The notes beneath the pieces were generated by a model. The model did no database searches, was not told the origin of the DNA, and saw nothing but the letters and a program-made list of their open reading frames with translations. The position numbers and the translations under genes are program-made. Shown here piece by piece: positions 47,760 through 63,000 of a DNA stretch of 64,000 nt; within the stretch, counting starts at the first letter, position 1, and every line of letters starts with the position of its first letter. This stretch comes from Bugula neritina. Taxonomy: Eukaryota > Animalia > Bryozoa. Where the stretch lies: positions 21,204,995-21,268,994 of the forward strand of contig OZ037765.1 of NCBI GenBank assembly GCA_964035545.1, read 5' to 3'.

Positions 47760-48340
47760 AAAACAAGAAAGCTCAGACCAGAGCTGCAGAACTGCCAAAA
47801 CTAGATACAAAATTATTAATCCACACACAAGCAAATACTAAACACTACAGGTTTCCTATTCGTCTAAACTTATTGATGGACAAGTTATTTCATGACTAGC
47901 ATTGACTCCTGCATTATTCTATTTCTCTGGCTAATTTAACAAATATTAGCAAAATATTAGGATGCTCATGGGGAGACTAAAGTACAGCTGAATTGTTGGT
48001 AAATTGACATTTCCTGTGTGAAAGGTATGATGAGGATGAGTTAATCAATTTAATTTAATTTAATTAGTAATTGATAAAAATATGATGAGAAACTGCATAA
48101 AAGTTGCAGTATTTTAATGCATAAACTTTGCTATTTCCTAGTTAAATTTTGGTCATTCTGTTGCACAAGTATAAACATTTTAGGCATACTACACAATATT
48201 TCAAATTTGAATTTAGCAGATTATGCTTCTCAAAAAATCTGTTTATGACAAAAGCAAGAAAGCTCAAAACAGAACTGCAAAACTGCCAAAACTAGATACA
48301 AAATTAGTAATCCACACACAAGCAAATACTAAACACTACA
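47760..48340 (+). repeat. ~90-bp imperfect direct repeat pair (47760-47849 and 48251-48340)
   Basis: Both copies carry CAAGAAAGCTCA...ACTGCCAAAACTAGATACAAAATTA.TAATCCACACACAAGCAAATACTAAACACTACA. Confidence 0.85.
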
Positions 48341-51300
48341 AACATTACAATTTCAATTATCCAGGAAAAACATTTCAGAAAGATGTTGTTTAAATTTGAT
48401 TATTTTACACTCAGGTTTAACAAAAATTATTGTAATTTGTGTTCCATCATTGTATTAAGAATCACTGAACCAAGGGAACATGACGTATTAAGGAAATGTT
48501 AATAATAGCAATGATGATATATTGCGCACATGTGCATAATATCTGTGTACATTTCTTGCAGCAAAGTTTCCTGCAACTTGTTTATTTTTCTTAAACACTG
48601 CTGTTGCCATTACATGTTGTTTATTGGCCACTGTTACCTCATTCAGGCAAGTTCAATTGCTGTGAAAAATCAGGTATAGTCCAATTCTATAAACATCTGA
48701 TGGGACGTTAACCTACAACCCACACAAATTTTAACAAAAATGATGAATGCTAAAAGCATTGAATTACTTTTGTTAATTCAACCAGGTAGTTTAAGGTGTT
48801 GATGTGTCGGGCGAATAATATTCCACGAATAGAATATCTTACTTGCTCAGCACAATGAATTGTGATGTCATGATAAAGTACAATTACTATTACTCAATGG
48901 TAGTAGATGAGACATAGTGCGATGCTTAAATATAATATGGCGCAGAACAGTGCAAAATATTATAAATCTCATTGTATGGACACAGCAGGTTTTCTCTTTC
49001 TTGCTTGAATTCATTGTGCAGGACCATTTGTTACCTACACTAAAAATTCCAGCACAACATAGAAACTTATGTAGTATGTAACATTTTTCAAAATATAATA
49101 ATGGCAAGACATAATCATTAAAGCTTAGCTGCACTGCCAAATAACAATAATTATAGGCATTTTACAAAAAATATTGTATAGTAATATTTCATAAACATTA
49201 TGTTTTTGCATAAATCTATATTATATAAACTATATGAAAGTTTTCAAAAGCTTGCAGGTGAGTCAATGATCATCAAACTGTTTACACTGAAGTCTACACT
49301 ATAGTGGTGTTGACCTCAGCAACCTGATATTTCATTATTATTATTACTCCAGCAAGCTTAAGATGTGCTTGTACAGTTGTATATATGTTTGCCAATTAAT
49401 TTCTTGATTGTTTTGAGTACTAAAATACATTGAATACTCAGCATTTTCCCACTGCAGATGTACAAAAAGGCGCAGTGATTTGCTGTTAGTTTAAAAGCAA
49501 ACACTTTGTTAGTCCATCAAATTGTTCGCATGTTGATTTAAAAATTCTTCAATGCATACAGTTAGCTTCTGTAAGCTTTGGAAATTCATACTCGTATGAA
49601 TGTAAGCAATTATTTTCGTTTAGTATCTTAAATATCAAAGACTGTCTGATAAAAAAAATCATAGATTGATTATTTACATAGTTAGTAACCGCCAAGAAAA
49701 ATGCAATTTGAAATGCGGGCAAGTTGCTCACATTTGTTTAAGCCCAAACAAGGCTTATCTATTTGATATTAACTTTCGGAAATAAAATGCTAACAACCCA
49801 ACAACCTTATAGTGCAAGTAAAATATCGCGAATGAGCATGTACACACAAGCCTGGATAATCACTTACTTCATCCCTACGTTTGCTTGAAATAAACCCATA
49901 GTTTGTAGTATACAGTCTAGAAAATGGATACTTTCTGTAAAGGTAATGCAGTGTTGTTAAATAATTACTCATTGTGGCATTGTGTAGTTTTGCTACTGGA
50001 GTTATATAATGAATAGTGGACAATGCCGAGCTCCGATTTATCCAGCCAGTGATTTTAATCATTAGCTTATATACAGTATCAGACCAGCCAAATTCTATAA
50101 TAACTGACACTATAAGATTATAAGTTAGGCTTCAAATTTAAAATTATAAGCTAATTTTAAAATAACTTGTAAAATAATGAATCATTATAAATATATATGA
50201 AGAAAGAGAAACAACTAATTTTAAATCTGTGCCTGCCATTGATACACCAACATTTGGTCTGGACACCATATTATTTGAAAAGCTCACAAAAGAAATTTTC
50301 TAGCATAACTTGAAAGTTGAATATTTCCCGCATTAAGTATGGCCAAGGTTTAAACAAAGGCAGGTATGACTTAACAAGTTATTGTTATGTTTAAAGCAAT
50401 TTTTGCTTTATTAGAAATGTGTGTGCCAGGCCGTTAGTCAATATTTGAACCAGCGTAGCCTTCTCAGAGTTGCTTAATATATGCATTCAAGCTCAACAGA
50501 TTTAATTTGAATAAACACTTGGCTTTTGTTGAAATGAGTTTTCTAAAACATTCAGTGCACAGTTGAAAGACAACTGTTACAGCTTTTAATTAATTTGTCA
50601 ATTTTTTGGTCACAATGGAAAACTATACAATGTACAGTTACTTTCAACAAGGTAGAAAAATTCAGGCATTTGCATTGTCTGATTGAACTAGAGGATAAAG
50701 GAAAGTTGTATTCAAAATAGCAGAGTAGTAAAATGATAATAGTCCATTGACTGCAGAGTGTTGACAAATTTTCGGTGCACAATACCTCAATGTGTTTTCT
50801 AGTATCTGGTGAACAATCAACTTTAATTTGAAAATAAATGCTACAGCAAAAGATTACCAGCTAAGGTATTTGCCCTGGATCAATAAGAACTGATTTCTTC
50901 CACACCACCATTGCTCACCTGTTGGTTGTTCTACCAAATGTGACTTATTTATGACTTTTTATTGGCCAGGAAGAGAGATTAGCATCAGGTTATTTTTACA
51001 AAGATGAGATTTGTGGAATTTTTACAGTAGAAAAACAAGTTATTAGGAAAAAAAATTAGAAATATTCTCTATAAAAAAGTTACTACCTTCTAGTTATATT
51101 GAAGATTTAATCAAAACCTACATGATTTAAATTTCTAGTAAGTATATAATAAGACTTGAGTGTGCGACTAGCAATATACTTTATTGTGCTACAACACTAG
51201 TGGAATGAAAAGTTAATAGATATGTTTAATGGGTATAGGATGTTTGTTAGAGTACATACAATGTAGTATATGTTACAGACCAGCAATATGGGGTGTTCAA

Positions 51301-51610
51301 TAAATAGTATATAATAAGATGGCACGAATAACTAATTGGGGCTAAATATATTGCAATTGTATGCTTGTTAACCTCAAAAACTACTCAGGTACCAACACAC
51401 TAAGCCACAATTTATTTGAGGAGTAAACAATACACTCTATGAGTAAGCAGGATAAAAATCCTCTGCCAGTCAAATCTGACTTTATAATCAGGCAGTAAAA
51501 TATTTCTTGATCTCACACTGTAGGTTTCACCGAAAATCCCTCATAAAAAGAAAAGAAATGAACCAGGAAAAGACACAGAACTGTTAGTTAATTCTAAACT
51601 CTAAATACAT

Positions 51611-54600
51611 TCAGTCCATCTTTATGTTTGCATAAATATATCTAACAAATTTCAGAGCAGAGAAGAATCCGACAGTTCCGAGTGACAAGAAGAAAATGTA
51701 GCATGTTAAGATAGTGTAGCCGAAAAACTGAACAGTCTGAAGAGCTCCTGACATAGACGACCGGTTGTAGAAGAAGAACATTGAGTATCCCAAAACAAAC
51801 AAAGAGGCAGATCTAAAACATACACAGAATCTTTAATATTGAAAATACGTAATTCGTGTAAAAATGGCAAATGTATGGACCACTGCCTGTAGTAATATGA
51901 CAAGTTCTGCAGTACATTACAATGTGAACGGAACATGTAGCTAGTAAAACAGTAGAGTATCAGTCGAGATATAATCACAATCCTATTTTGGTATTCAAAT
52001 AAAAACAAGAAGTAGGTAGGCCTGTACATGGCAAAGTTTGAAGGGTTACAAGTCATATTTGAGGCCTACACTTTCAAGTCACCAAATAAGCTACGCCTAA
52101 ACAAAGAACATGCAAAGGGGCAGAGCTCTCACACTATCATTTACTGGTAAACCTGTTGTGTGACAAGACTATTTTAGTTTCAAGTAAAACATACATTAGC
52201 AGTTGGTAAAAATAACGAATTTGGTTGTTTGTTTAAGCTAAAGATACAAGCTAATCAGAATGTCACGCAGGCAATGAGAAAACCAAATAATTGAATATAT
52301 TTCCAGCATTATCTAACAAGAGATGTTTGCAGGTACTCTCATTATTGCTGATAAAACCAACTCCAGTTGATTGAGTAAATTAATTTGATATGTGATATTT
52401 TCTTTGTGTTAGAAGCAGCAAAAAGGTCAAAGTTAAATTGCCATGCGCCAATAACATTAGCCTGTTGCAGCTGCTTCTCACTATTATGGCAACCTGCGTT
52501 TGCATGATTTTGCCAATTCGACAATCGTAAACAATAACTTGAAGCTCTAGTATTGCAGTAAGTAGTAAGTTATAGTGGGTTAGAGTCAGGTCATCCTACA
52601 TACAAGGAAGTATCACTGAATGCATAGTCTAGGTGTGAACTGAATTACATCAAATGTACATGTTTTATTTCCTCAAAAATATCTCTAAAATTCATCTAAA
52701 CACACACCAGAGCATAGTAGCTCCTGCTAATTTCCCATTCATAAAACTGACCGAATAAAAAGTACTCATATAATTATCACTTTAGTTGACTTTATATTTT
52801 GAGATTCTCTTCACAGTAGCTAAAATTACACTCCAATTGTGTACTAAACCAACACAAACTGTAACTATTTGCTAACTTCTACAATTGGCATGTTATCAAA
52901 TAACCTGCAATATAAATGGACAGGCAAAATGAACAACTCTAGCTAATCGTGATAAACCTTCACATACCCAGCAGTGAATATGGACCTCCACCACCACCTG
53001 TAGTCTTCAGCATTGAGTTGAAAGTAGACGAGTGCAACTGTTATGCATGCAGTCACCATCAGTACCATAATATACACAATGCCTAGTATTCCCCACAGCG
53101 TGTAGTGCTCTCTCCCCCATAGTGTTGAGAAGATGTAATACAACTCCACTGATATAGCACTGAAACACCACAAAAACCAACATCACCACAACTTTATATC
53201 TATAGCACAGATTAGTGATAAAATATGACATGTTGGTAAATTTGCACTAACACTGTAAATTGGCATGTTCTAATAAACATAGCTGAGTTGCATTAAGCTA
53301 CATGTACACCTTCTGATCACTGTAAATTACTTGGTAGTATTAATAGTTATTTCTAGCTAGTTTAAAGTTGCAACATGCAAACTATTAGTCAAAAACAGAT
53401 GAAAATAATAATAAAATGAATAATGAAAATGTTATATTTTTGGCTCACAATATTATTCTAAATATATAAAACAGCACATATGCTTCCTTTTTGTATCCTA
53501 ATATAAGCTTCTCAATTTATAAAAATAAAAACTCGTACATAAAATATCTGAGCAAGTACGATCTCAGTTGCTATGTAATTCCAATTGTTGAGTTTTGAAA
53601 ATTCAAGAAAAAAGGTGAATCATTTTGATAGGAGGAAAACAACTCCAAATGTATTATATAGCTATTTGCAGCAAAAACCATAAATTTATTAAATAGCAAT
53701 GTGATAAAATATGAATTAAAAAAAATTTCAACTGTTTTGGGGCTCTCAGAAATAAAAAAATAGCTAATGAAAACAACATCGAAACAGAAATTGTTTAACT
53801 AAAATTGCAGTATAATAAAATAGAAAGTTTAACATGAAATCAAGACCACTAATTACATATATTTCCACTTTACTTATGTAAGCCAACCTTTCAAATTTGG
53901 TTTCAAGATAAAGACTCTAGCATCAGCATTGAGTATTGAAAGGGATATTATTGTAAGAGCTATACAATGACACTAACAAATAATCTCTTATAATACCTGA
54001 AAGGTAGAAATCCACCAATGATTAATTGTATGGGTGCAGATCTAAACCAGGGAAGGCGAGGCAACTCCCGAGCAATATTCTTGGTGCGGCAAGGTGAGTC
54101 AAAGGCTGAGGCAGAGTTCTTACCAAATATCCCTCCTATGACTGTCAGTGGATACCCAACTGCAAAATACTTGTCAGTGTTACACCAGCAATGAGATTGT
54201 ACTAAAAAACCCAATATAATTTTTTCTTAACCTTCAGTTGCTGTAAGAGCTGCAAACTTATAAATGTGAATATTTATGGGCTAAAGCAGAGAAATCCGTT
54301 AACATTTACTACAAAATGCAAATAATGAGTTTACTTAAATACACTGATCAGCAACTTTGGTGTAATTTTAAAGAAGATTCTTTGATAGTCAATATTGGGA
54401 AATCACAAATAAAATACTAGTGTGTTTAGCTTTCGGACTAAAAGTGATGCCTGCCCCAACCTTAAGAGCTGGAAAAGCTGACAGCCCCTGGAGAACTTAC
54501 TGACGATCCAGAAGGATACCAGGAATAGTATGGTGGTCCATGGCAGGGCCTGTGTGGAACCATAAGCCCAGGCAACAGAATTCATCACACTCCACACAAT

Positions 54601-57600
54601 AAACAGTGGCACTAAAATAATAAATAATGTAATAATACACAATAATAAACTCTACTTGCTTTTACACAAGTGTAAAAGCTAACAGAGTTTAGCAATTTAG
54701 CAATCCATATAACTATGTAGACCGATAAATATTTTAGAAAAATTAGCAGGCTTAATAACAAAAATCACCATAATTAGCGTTACATTTTATTTTGTGTAGA
54801 GTAATAAAACACACACTATGAGCAGCCCGTAAAGTGAGATATCTAACTGCATGTAACAAGCAACAATTGTATGCCAATTTTAGAGAAGTCTGATCTTGTA
54901 CAAATTTATGTTGCGAAAAAATATTTATTACTCAAGACTGCAAAAACGCCATTATCCTGACTGAGTATATTGCTATCACAATATAGCATTAGCTACATGA
55001 TCATATAAAACGACTGCAAAACATTTAAAAAGCAGTAGCTAAATATTACTATCGTTATTTATTGAAAAGCAAGGCTGTTACTTACCAGCAAACAAACATG
55101 ATGTTAGATTGATATTCCAGACCCACCGCTCTCCATCCATCATCTTGTACATACTAGCTGCTACGTACCCAGCAACACCTGTATAGGTACATATGACTGT
55201 ATCACTAATAGTGACATATGGCTATATCACTTGTAGATACATATGACCAATTCACTGATAGTTACATATGACTATATCACCGCTAGCTACATATGACTGT
55301 ATCACTGAGATTGATGTACAACTTAGAAGGAAATTGATACAACCACTACAATAACCACACAGTTATTATAACAGAAGTTATAATTCAAATATTCTAAAAC
55401 CCGAAAATAAACTAAAACAAATTTATTATGTAGTACTTTGAACCTCTGAACTCTGCAAATAACAAAACAAATAGAAAGAAAATATTTTAAATTACCCGAC
55501 GTGAAGGCATATAGGATGATAGCTGCTGTATTCAACTGGCCATGCTTGTGGACGTTGAATGTGCCGAGAAGAGCCAACAGAAGACAACCGGTGGCTACGG
55601 TGAGGAACTGAGAGCCAACACCTGTGATACAGAGTGCACACATACAACCACAGTGGTACAAACACATTTGGTATCTATATACTTTATGTATGAAACTTCA
55701 CCATCATGTTACAATTCTGAACTGTATTCAAGAAAACAAAAACAGTAGAGATCGTAGACGCAAAACTAAAAAGTATTTATGAAATTTAGCCAATAAATAG
55801 CCTTTTTTGGTGTAATGACGAGAAAAAAACTTATTTTACATAGCTGCTAAGATTGTAAAACAAGTAATAGATATGTGCTAAGATGTCTAGACTTGAGTGA
55901 GTTTACCTAACACTGCACAGAAGAGACTCTTCTGCTTGGGAAACCTGAAGACATCAGTGTGAATTATCTTCCAGCCATTATCTTCCTGGTCTTCTTCAGC
56001 GTCCATATCATCATTATACTTAGCAAAATCATTCTTCAACACTCTAGACTGTAAAATATTTCCCCGATACTCGAGCATGATAAAATTGAGAAAAAATCAT
56101 ACAAACCTTGATTTGGCTTTTAATATTATAGATAATTTTAACTGATTCAAGAATAGTAGCCACCTGCATTAACTGAACAAAAGTCATCAGTACATTCAAC
56201 GATGAACATTTGCAGGCTGTAGTAACACATGCAACTACCAAACCAATGTAGATGATTATAATATGTTGGTGATTACATTACTCACCAGTATTATGACGAC
56301 GAAGCCAACTAACAGCACTATTAACACCATTGAGTTGATGACAGAGAGCCAGTGAATCTAAAAATATATGAAGCAACCATCTAACTACATGTACTTGTAC
56401 AATATTTAGCTAATTATGAAACTCTCAGTAACAAAATATGAGGTCATGTTGTACACACAGCCTGTCAAAGCATACAAACCTCTAGTGTCTGTGGAAAGAA
56501 CTTAGATTTCTTGATAAATGATGTTCTATCTTTTGTTGTAGCTCTAAAAGTACAATCAGAAAATGACTTCCATAACTCTTGTGGTTGCCAAAAAATGAGT
56601 TCAAATTGTATGATTGCAAGAGCATGAAGTTTAGATGAAGATGATGAGAAGTAACCAGCTAGATTTTAACCCCTACAGCACCTAATCACTTAGCTTCTTC
56701 ACAAGAAAACATGCAGCTCAAACTTGTAAGAATTCAGTAAATAATAAAATATTTAGATAGACAAGATAAGCTGCATGCGCCATTAATCAATGTACTAATA
56801 CAACGTTCGTTTTAAATTTATGCATAATGAAAAGCACAAATATATGCAGCATAAGGACATATTCTCTGTTTTAATTAACACAACCTACACGCACTTAAAG
56901 TAACAGTGAAATCATGCTGGCATGGGTGTTAGCTATAAGGCAAATATTTACTCACTCTGTAGCTTTCCATGTAACTGAGTAGGAGAAAGTAACTACGACA
57001 TTAGGGTTCTCTTCTGTAATATCTAACGCATGGTTTTCAGAAGTTGAAACATTCGCCGTTATTATCTAAAAAACATGAAGTAAGTGCTGCACACATATAT
57101 ACAACATACATATTATAGTAGAATTATGCATGACAAAGGCTCTGTAACGTAATGTCTGTAACACAAATTACTTCAATGGTGAGCCTGCCAGAGATATGCT
57201 GTGCAATTGCTAACTACTTGAGCAAACATTACATCTGAATACAATTAGGTGAGCCTTTACTTACATTTTCACCATTGTATTGAAACGTGAAATGCAGTTT
57301 AGTATAAAGGTACATCTTATGCCTGTGAGGGAGAATGCCTTCCTCACTGAGGTGTCCGATGAACCCTCGAACTGGCAACTCATCTGCAAGAACAGTGACA
57401 TTGCCAATGAACAACAGGTAAAAATAGGACAGGCGCATATTGTTATGAAGCAAGAATGAAATAATTGAAGCACTATATGTAAATATAGTACCCATTACTT
57501 TTCAGCTCTATGACAATATCTTCAGCTGTAAGATTTGCATTGACTGGTACGAGGGAAAAAAATGAAGTTGAACAGAGAGATGGTCAGAATTTTGATTAAT

Positions 57601-60010
57601 AAATACATTAACAGCCACAAAATTAATAGATATATGCAATTCTAGAACAACTCTTCTCATGCGAAACTAGATAGCTGATTAAAAATTAGTCATTGTCTTA
57701 CTGGAATCTTCCATCAACTGACTCAGTCACTGACTGAAAGTGAGTCATTACAACTGAATCTCACCGTCTGTTGCAGAACTTACCAATTACAAACTCAAAG
57801 TAATATAAATCTTCAATAGCATCCCTGATCTGACCCAACTGCTCGGCACTGTAAGTCTTGTCACACAGCTTCACATCTTCAACATTCTCTACAATAACTT
57901 GAGCGTATCAGACTTGATACTTGCATAGTATGGATGTGAACTTTAATACTTTATGTGTGACAGCTTACATATCATTAAAACTTTCAAGAAAAGGGCAACT
58001 ACTTGAGAAAATGTTGGAATCGGCAGAACTGTCAATATGTATAACATATAAAGTAATATTAGAAATATTGAAGTACCTCTTCGTCATTGTGCAGAGTAGT
58101 ATCTCATTTTACACACAAGTCTCACAATAGCTTTACAATACAACTACAACTATGTTTTATCCTAATTTTTAAACAATAAAAACTGTATTGTTCTCAAATT
58201 AAAGAATATACAAGGCTACAATTTTCTACCACATGAATCATATGTAGCTAATAAAAACCAACCTTAAGATTATTTTTACTGTCACTTGTCATACAAAGTA
58301 AAGCCTATAGCCTATTTCATGTTCGCTATGTTGAGTGAAATAAAGTAGCAGTAATTTAAATGTTGCGGTTGTCCCAAGAATACAATAAAGTAAATCTTAC
58401 TTTTGAACTCAACATTATACAATGACTTTGCCATGCGATCTCCATCCAACACTTCTCCCAAAGTCAAAGCTTTGTGCTCAATCTGGAAATGGAGAAAAAG
58501 TCTTTTTAGCCGGTCTATATTGTATATTAATAGCTGAAACATTTCTGATTGCAACAAACTTCACACACAGTGTTACTTGAAACGATTATAAAATTGTATG
58601 TTTGATAGAGCATAAACTCATTAGGAATGTTATAATCATCTTTGAGAAGATTTCATCAAACTCTCATGCCAATGCAGCACAATTCACACAAAAATCTACA
58701 AACCTTTTCTGGACTGCACACTGGTATTTCATAGTAGTGGTAGGTTTCATGCACATTGAAGTACGGACCGACTTTATTTACATACACTTCAACCTAGAAC
58801 ATATAGGCGCATAAATACTTATGTTACCAAAAGCTTTTCTAGCTCCACTGCTTAGCACTCTTTTCAATAAAAAAAGCTTCATATTTACTTACTCTACATA
58901 ACATAAAGTCAAGTAAACTGCAAAAAATAAACTTTACAACATATGAGGGTGAACATATAAAATAATTATGTTATTGCAGCATAAGTGATACATTGAATTA
59001 TGAATGCAAGTGATTACATCTAAAAAGCCTAAAATATAGTTCTAATGAGTATGGCTATCATTACAATAAATATTACTATAAATATAATCTAATTTTATGA
59101 TACAAAAAATAGATGTAAACCAAAATGGTACAGTTCAAGTTAAGACAACTTTTACTACCACGACTAGTACTACACAGTCTAACAGTACTATACTATTTTT
59201 GTTTAAACCACAATAGTAATAGTAATACCAATAGTTCTTATAGGCATAGTCATATAGTCACTATCATAGTAATAGATTAGGTCAGTCATTTAGCTACTAA
59301 TATTGATAACCATAAACTGGAACTCAAACTGATAGTACTAGTACTAGTTGTTAGTAATACTAGTACTGGTACTAGTAGTAGCATTGGTAAAAGTAAATAA
59401 CTAATACTAATAGTAATAGTAATACTGTAACTGTAAGTGACTGTAAGTGTAACTGTTGGTGTCAGTATAGTATTACTATTATTCTTACTAATAGTATTAG
59501 TGTTACCATTAGTATTAGATTTTCATTCAGTATTAGCATTACTATTACTATTAATAATACTGTAACTTACAGTGTAAGTGTATTACTATAACTATTACTA
59601 TTATAATTTTAATTAGTTACAACTTACATCAACATGTAGTAGCACCATAAAAGTAAAACTATAACTAAAACTTAAACTCAGTAAAACTAAATATAAAAGT
59701 TAAAATATATCAAAATGCAAGCAAGCACTAGCACTAAAAGTAGCACTCTGACAGTGACTCTCAGTCTCACTATCACTCTGAGTCTGAGTGTCTCAGTCTC
59801 ACTCTCACTACGACTTGAGCAGCAAGTGCAACTGCAATATTATGATGTATATAAAATTTATAACAAAATATATATTTACGGTACATCGTTAGTGCTAATA
59901 GCGTTTACCTTGTCATTTTCTTTAAAATTAGCAAAAGCTGACACTTGAAAAACGAATATAATTAAAATAAAATACAAGACATTGTAACAATTTCTAAACA
60001 ACGTAGCCAT
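51611..60010 (-). CDS. TM9SF1: Transmembrane 9 superfamily member 1 (nonaspanin/EMP70), 15 exons
   Basis: Exons 59909-60010 (signal peptide), 58704-58793, 58401-58482, 57784-57888, 57265-57383, 56956-57065, 56480-56543, 56286-56357, 55907-56048, 55496-55621, 55086-55178, 54501-54611, 53997-54159, 52968-53159, 51611-51812. Motifs [77 protein letters not shown] and C-terminal YANIKMD. Confidence 0.96.
55187..55310. repeat. 25-bp degenerate minisatellite (5 copies) next to a TM9SF1 splice acceptor
   Basis: Unit approximately ACATATGACT(G/A)TATCACTNNTAGNT. Confidence 0.85.
59150..59830. repeat. Degenerate period-3/6 tract in TM9SF1 intron 1
   Basis: 'actaatagtaatagtaatactgtaactgtaagt', 'aaaagtaaaactataactaaaact', 'actctcagtctcactatcactctgagtctgagt'. 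Confidence 0.85.
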
Positions 60011-63000
60011 TTTGTTCCATGACAACTGCATAACTATTAAAGCGGTATGCTAAATAAGATAAAGAATCTATTTCCAAATTAGCAAAATATTACATATTTT
60101 TTTACATAAATTCAAATCACAAGCCAATTTTGTTTTGATCTAATTTATAATAACATTTTTAAATATTTGCATTGCCGGGTCACATATTGAAATAAAGATA
60201 ATATTATTATCTTCATAAGAGGGCCATGTTTGTAAGGAGAACATAACTCTTTAAATGTTGTCAACTGAAGTAATTTGCCTAGTTAGCGCAGTAAGGGTTA
60301 AGTTCTCATGCCTAGTTATATAAGGTATGAACCATACCATACTGTGATAAAGGTTACACGTGTATAATCATATGGTAGAGGTTCCTCACCATTACTCTAT
60401 GCTCTAAGAATTTTTAAGTTAGCATATTGCTACAGTAAAAATGGCCTCCATTTTAGTAATAAATCTGCTTTAAAATATGATAAAACATTGGCATGTTGCA
60501 ACAGTCAAACTCAAATCTAGCCAAAAGGATATGAAGGGTGTTGATTTTATAATTATTCGACAAATAAAATTCTTTGTCAATATATTTACACATGCAACTT
60601 GTAACACAATTGATGAATTTTTTTCATGCGTATCTTATAACAATTATACACCTAGAAATAAAATTAATTATAATATATTTATATTAAGGTTATATAATGT
60701 GCAATTTACAAGGTCGTAAAAATTGTTATTTTTTGTTTTCAGTTAAACTTTTGACTGGGAAAACTTACAAAGCAATTACAGCCAAAAGCAGTAACTTTGA
60801 GATGCATTGATATATTACTTTTCCATAATTGTCAATGATCAATTGTTAGATAGCATGTGCTCCAAATGCGTTTTTAAATTGCATGATCAAGTTAGCAATA
60901 ATTCACTTTAATCAACTGTACTAATTATGCTAATTTTAAACACCACTTATAGATATGCTGCACTTGGTTATTGCAATTGTTGAAAAATATTATATAAAAT
61001 CAAAAATAATGTAATATAACAATACATGAGCTAGTATGGTTAACCTTTTACAATGGTATATGTGACATAAGCTATTTGTGATATTTTATAATAAATGCAT
61101 ATATAAACATTATTAGGTAGTATACAAAATATTTTATTTCCATGATGACAAAATTGATCAATAAAATATAGAAACTATTTCCATTTATGACACACTTGTG
61201 CACTAGTATATAACGATAGCTAAACTTTTCACAATGCTATTTTGTATCAAATTATAACTGTACAATATAGCATTGGTTATAACGCTGTCCATCATGTATA
61301 CATCACAATATATTAGATTGAAACTTTTCAAAGTACTGTATGCAAATTTCCAATATTCCCTATCATGCTACTACTCAGTTTTACCAAAGAACTCAATGAC
61401 CTGTTATCATCAAAGTGAATTGAGGTCAAAAAGTTGCATAACTCAATCTATCACCTGTGCTACATATTAAAACTTCTATTGAGTTATGAAATTTGTTATT
61501 GATATAATTTTGTCACTCAGTCATATGCATTATCAGATTAAAGTGTAGTTATACACATTTTAGCACATGTATTTAGCTAATTCATATTACCTTGATAGTT
61601 CTGAGAATCTAAAACACCATAACAGCAGGGGTACACAACCTTAGAACAAAGTTAATGTTCAAATTGACTATCTTACACTTTTAAAAACCTTTGCACTAGC
61701 CCATGCAAATTTTAGATAATTTTGTAATATGTATGTATTATGTTTGAATTATGTAATTTAAAAGATGTGCAGTTACAAAGCTGTATGCTAGGAAAGTTAT
61801 AGTAGGCTATATGCAAGCTTATTTAGAATGGTTTTTAAAGCTGCACTATTATATTTATTATGCAGCAAAGTATATCTATTAGACAAAATTCTAAATTTAT
61901 GAAAGATTATAAAACTCTTTGGAAATTACTTGTAATGACATAAAACTTTTAGTTAAAACAATTCAATTCTACCTCAGTAATTTGTTGTAAGAATTGTATA
62001 CCCTTAGCTTTGTCTTTTATTTTGAGCATTTTCTACAATATACTATAATGATCATAATACTACATTTTTATAAGTTACTCCCCCCCACATGTACAGTCCG
62101 TGTTCTTTCAAAGGCAATAAAACATTGCAGAAATGATAATACTACACCGATTCCAAGAAACATGCTAAAAAGTGTTTAAATATTAAAAGAAAGTTTTATT
62201 TTTCAAAAAACATTCATGTATATTTTTAGTAATTTGTGATTGAAATTTGCAATAGCTGGATACTGCTTATAGGCATTTTGTCAAAAACTTTCTTTGCAAT
62301 AGTAATGTCATTTGTTTTAGGATTTTTTGCTTAAAATTTGTGTTAATTAAAGCTCAAATAAGAGAATAACAAGATATTGCATTGAATAATATGTTTTATA
62401 AGCTACCCTCATGTAGGATACAACAGATCTTTTCTTTATACTTTCATGTAGACCTGTACCAGTGTACCTGTCTCTACCAACAGATGCACCAACAAAGTTG
62501 TCTCACACACTCAGAATGGAGTCAGTAAGCTGTGGACTTCAAGGTGTATGTCGGTACTTTGTGATATCATGAAATACAAAGGAAAAAAGTGTAATTTTCT
62601 TATTTCTTCTCAGTAGATCAATATAATATACATGTATATGTGTGTCTATACTTAGACATTCAGGTTTATACATTAAAGAGTCTAGAAAACTGATGGTAGC
62701 AGGAGTTTGCAAAGTATGATTAAATAAAGAAACCACCTGGTATACTAAAACTTGGACCTTGATAACAGCTTTTAGTTTCTTTTACCGGATGCTTCTAACC
62801 CTTTGATCTGTTAGAATTTGAGAAATGCACCCCTTCATTTGATGTAACAAGTTATAGATACAATCGCAATATTACAGCTTAGCTCAGACCCCTATATCAT
62901 TTCCATTCTTGTTCTGATAATTTATTCTGCATAATATATTGTATCTTGAGGTTAATTATTAAAGTTTTAAATTATTTACTTAATTTATAACGAGTTTGTT

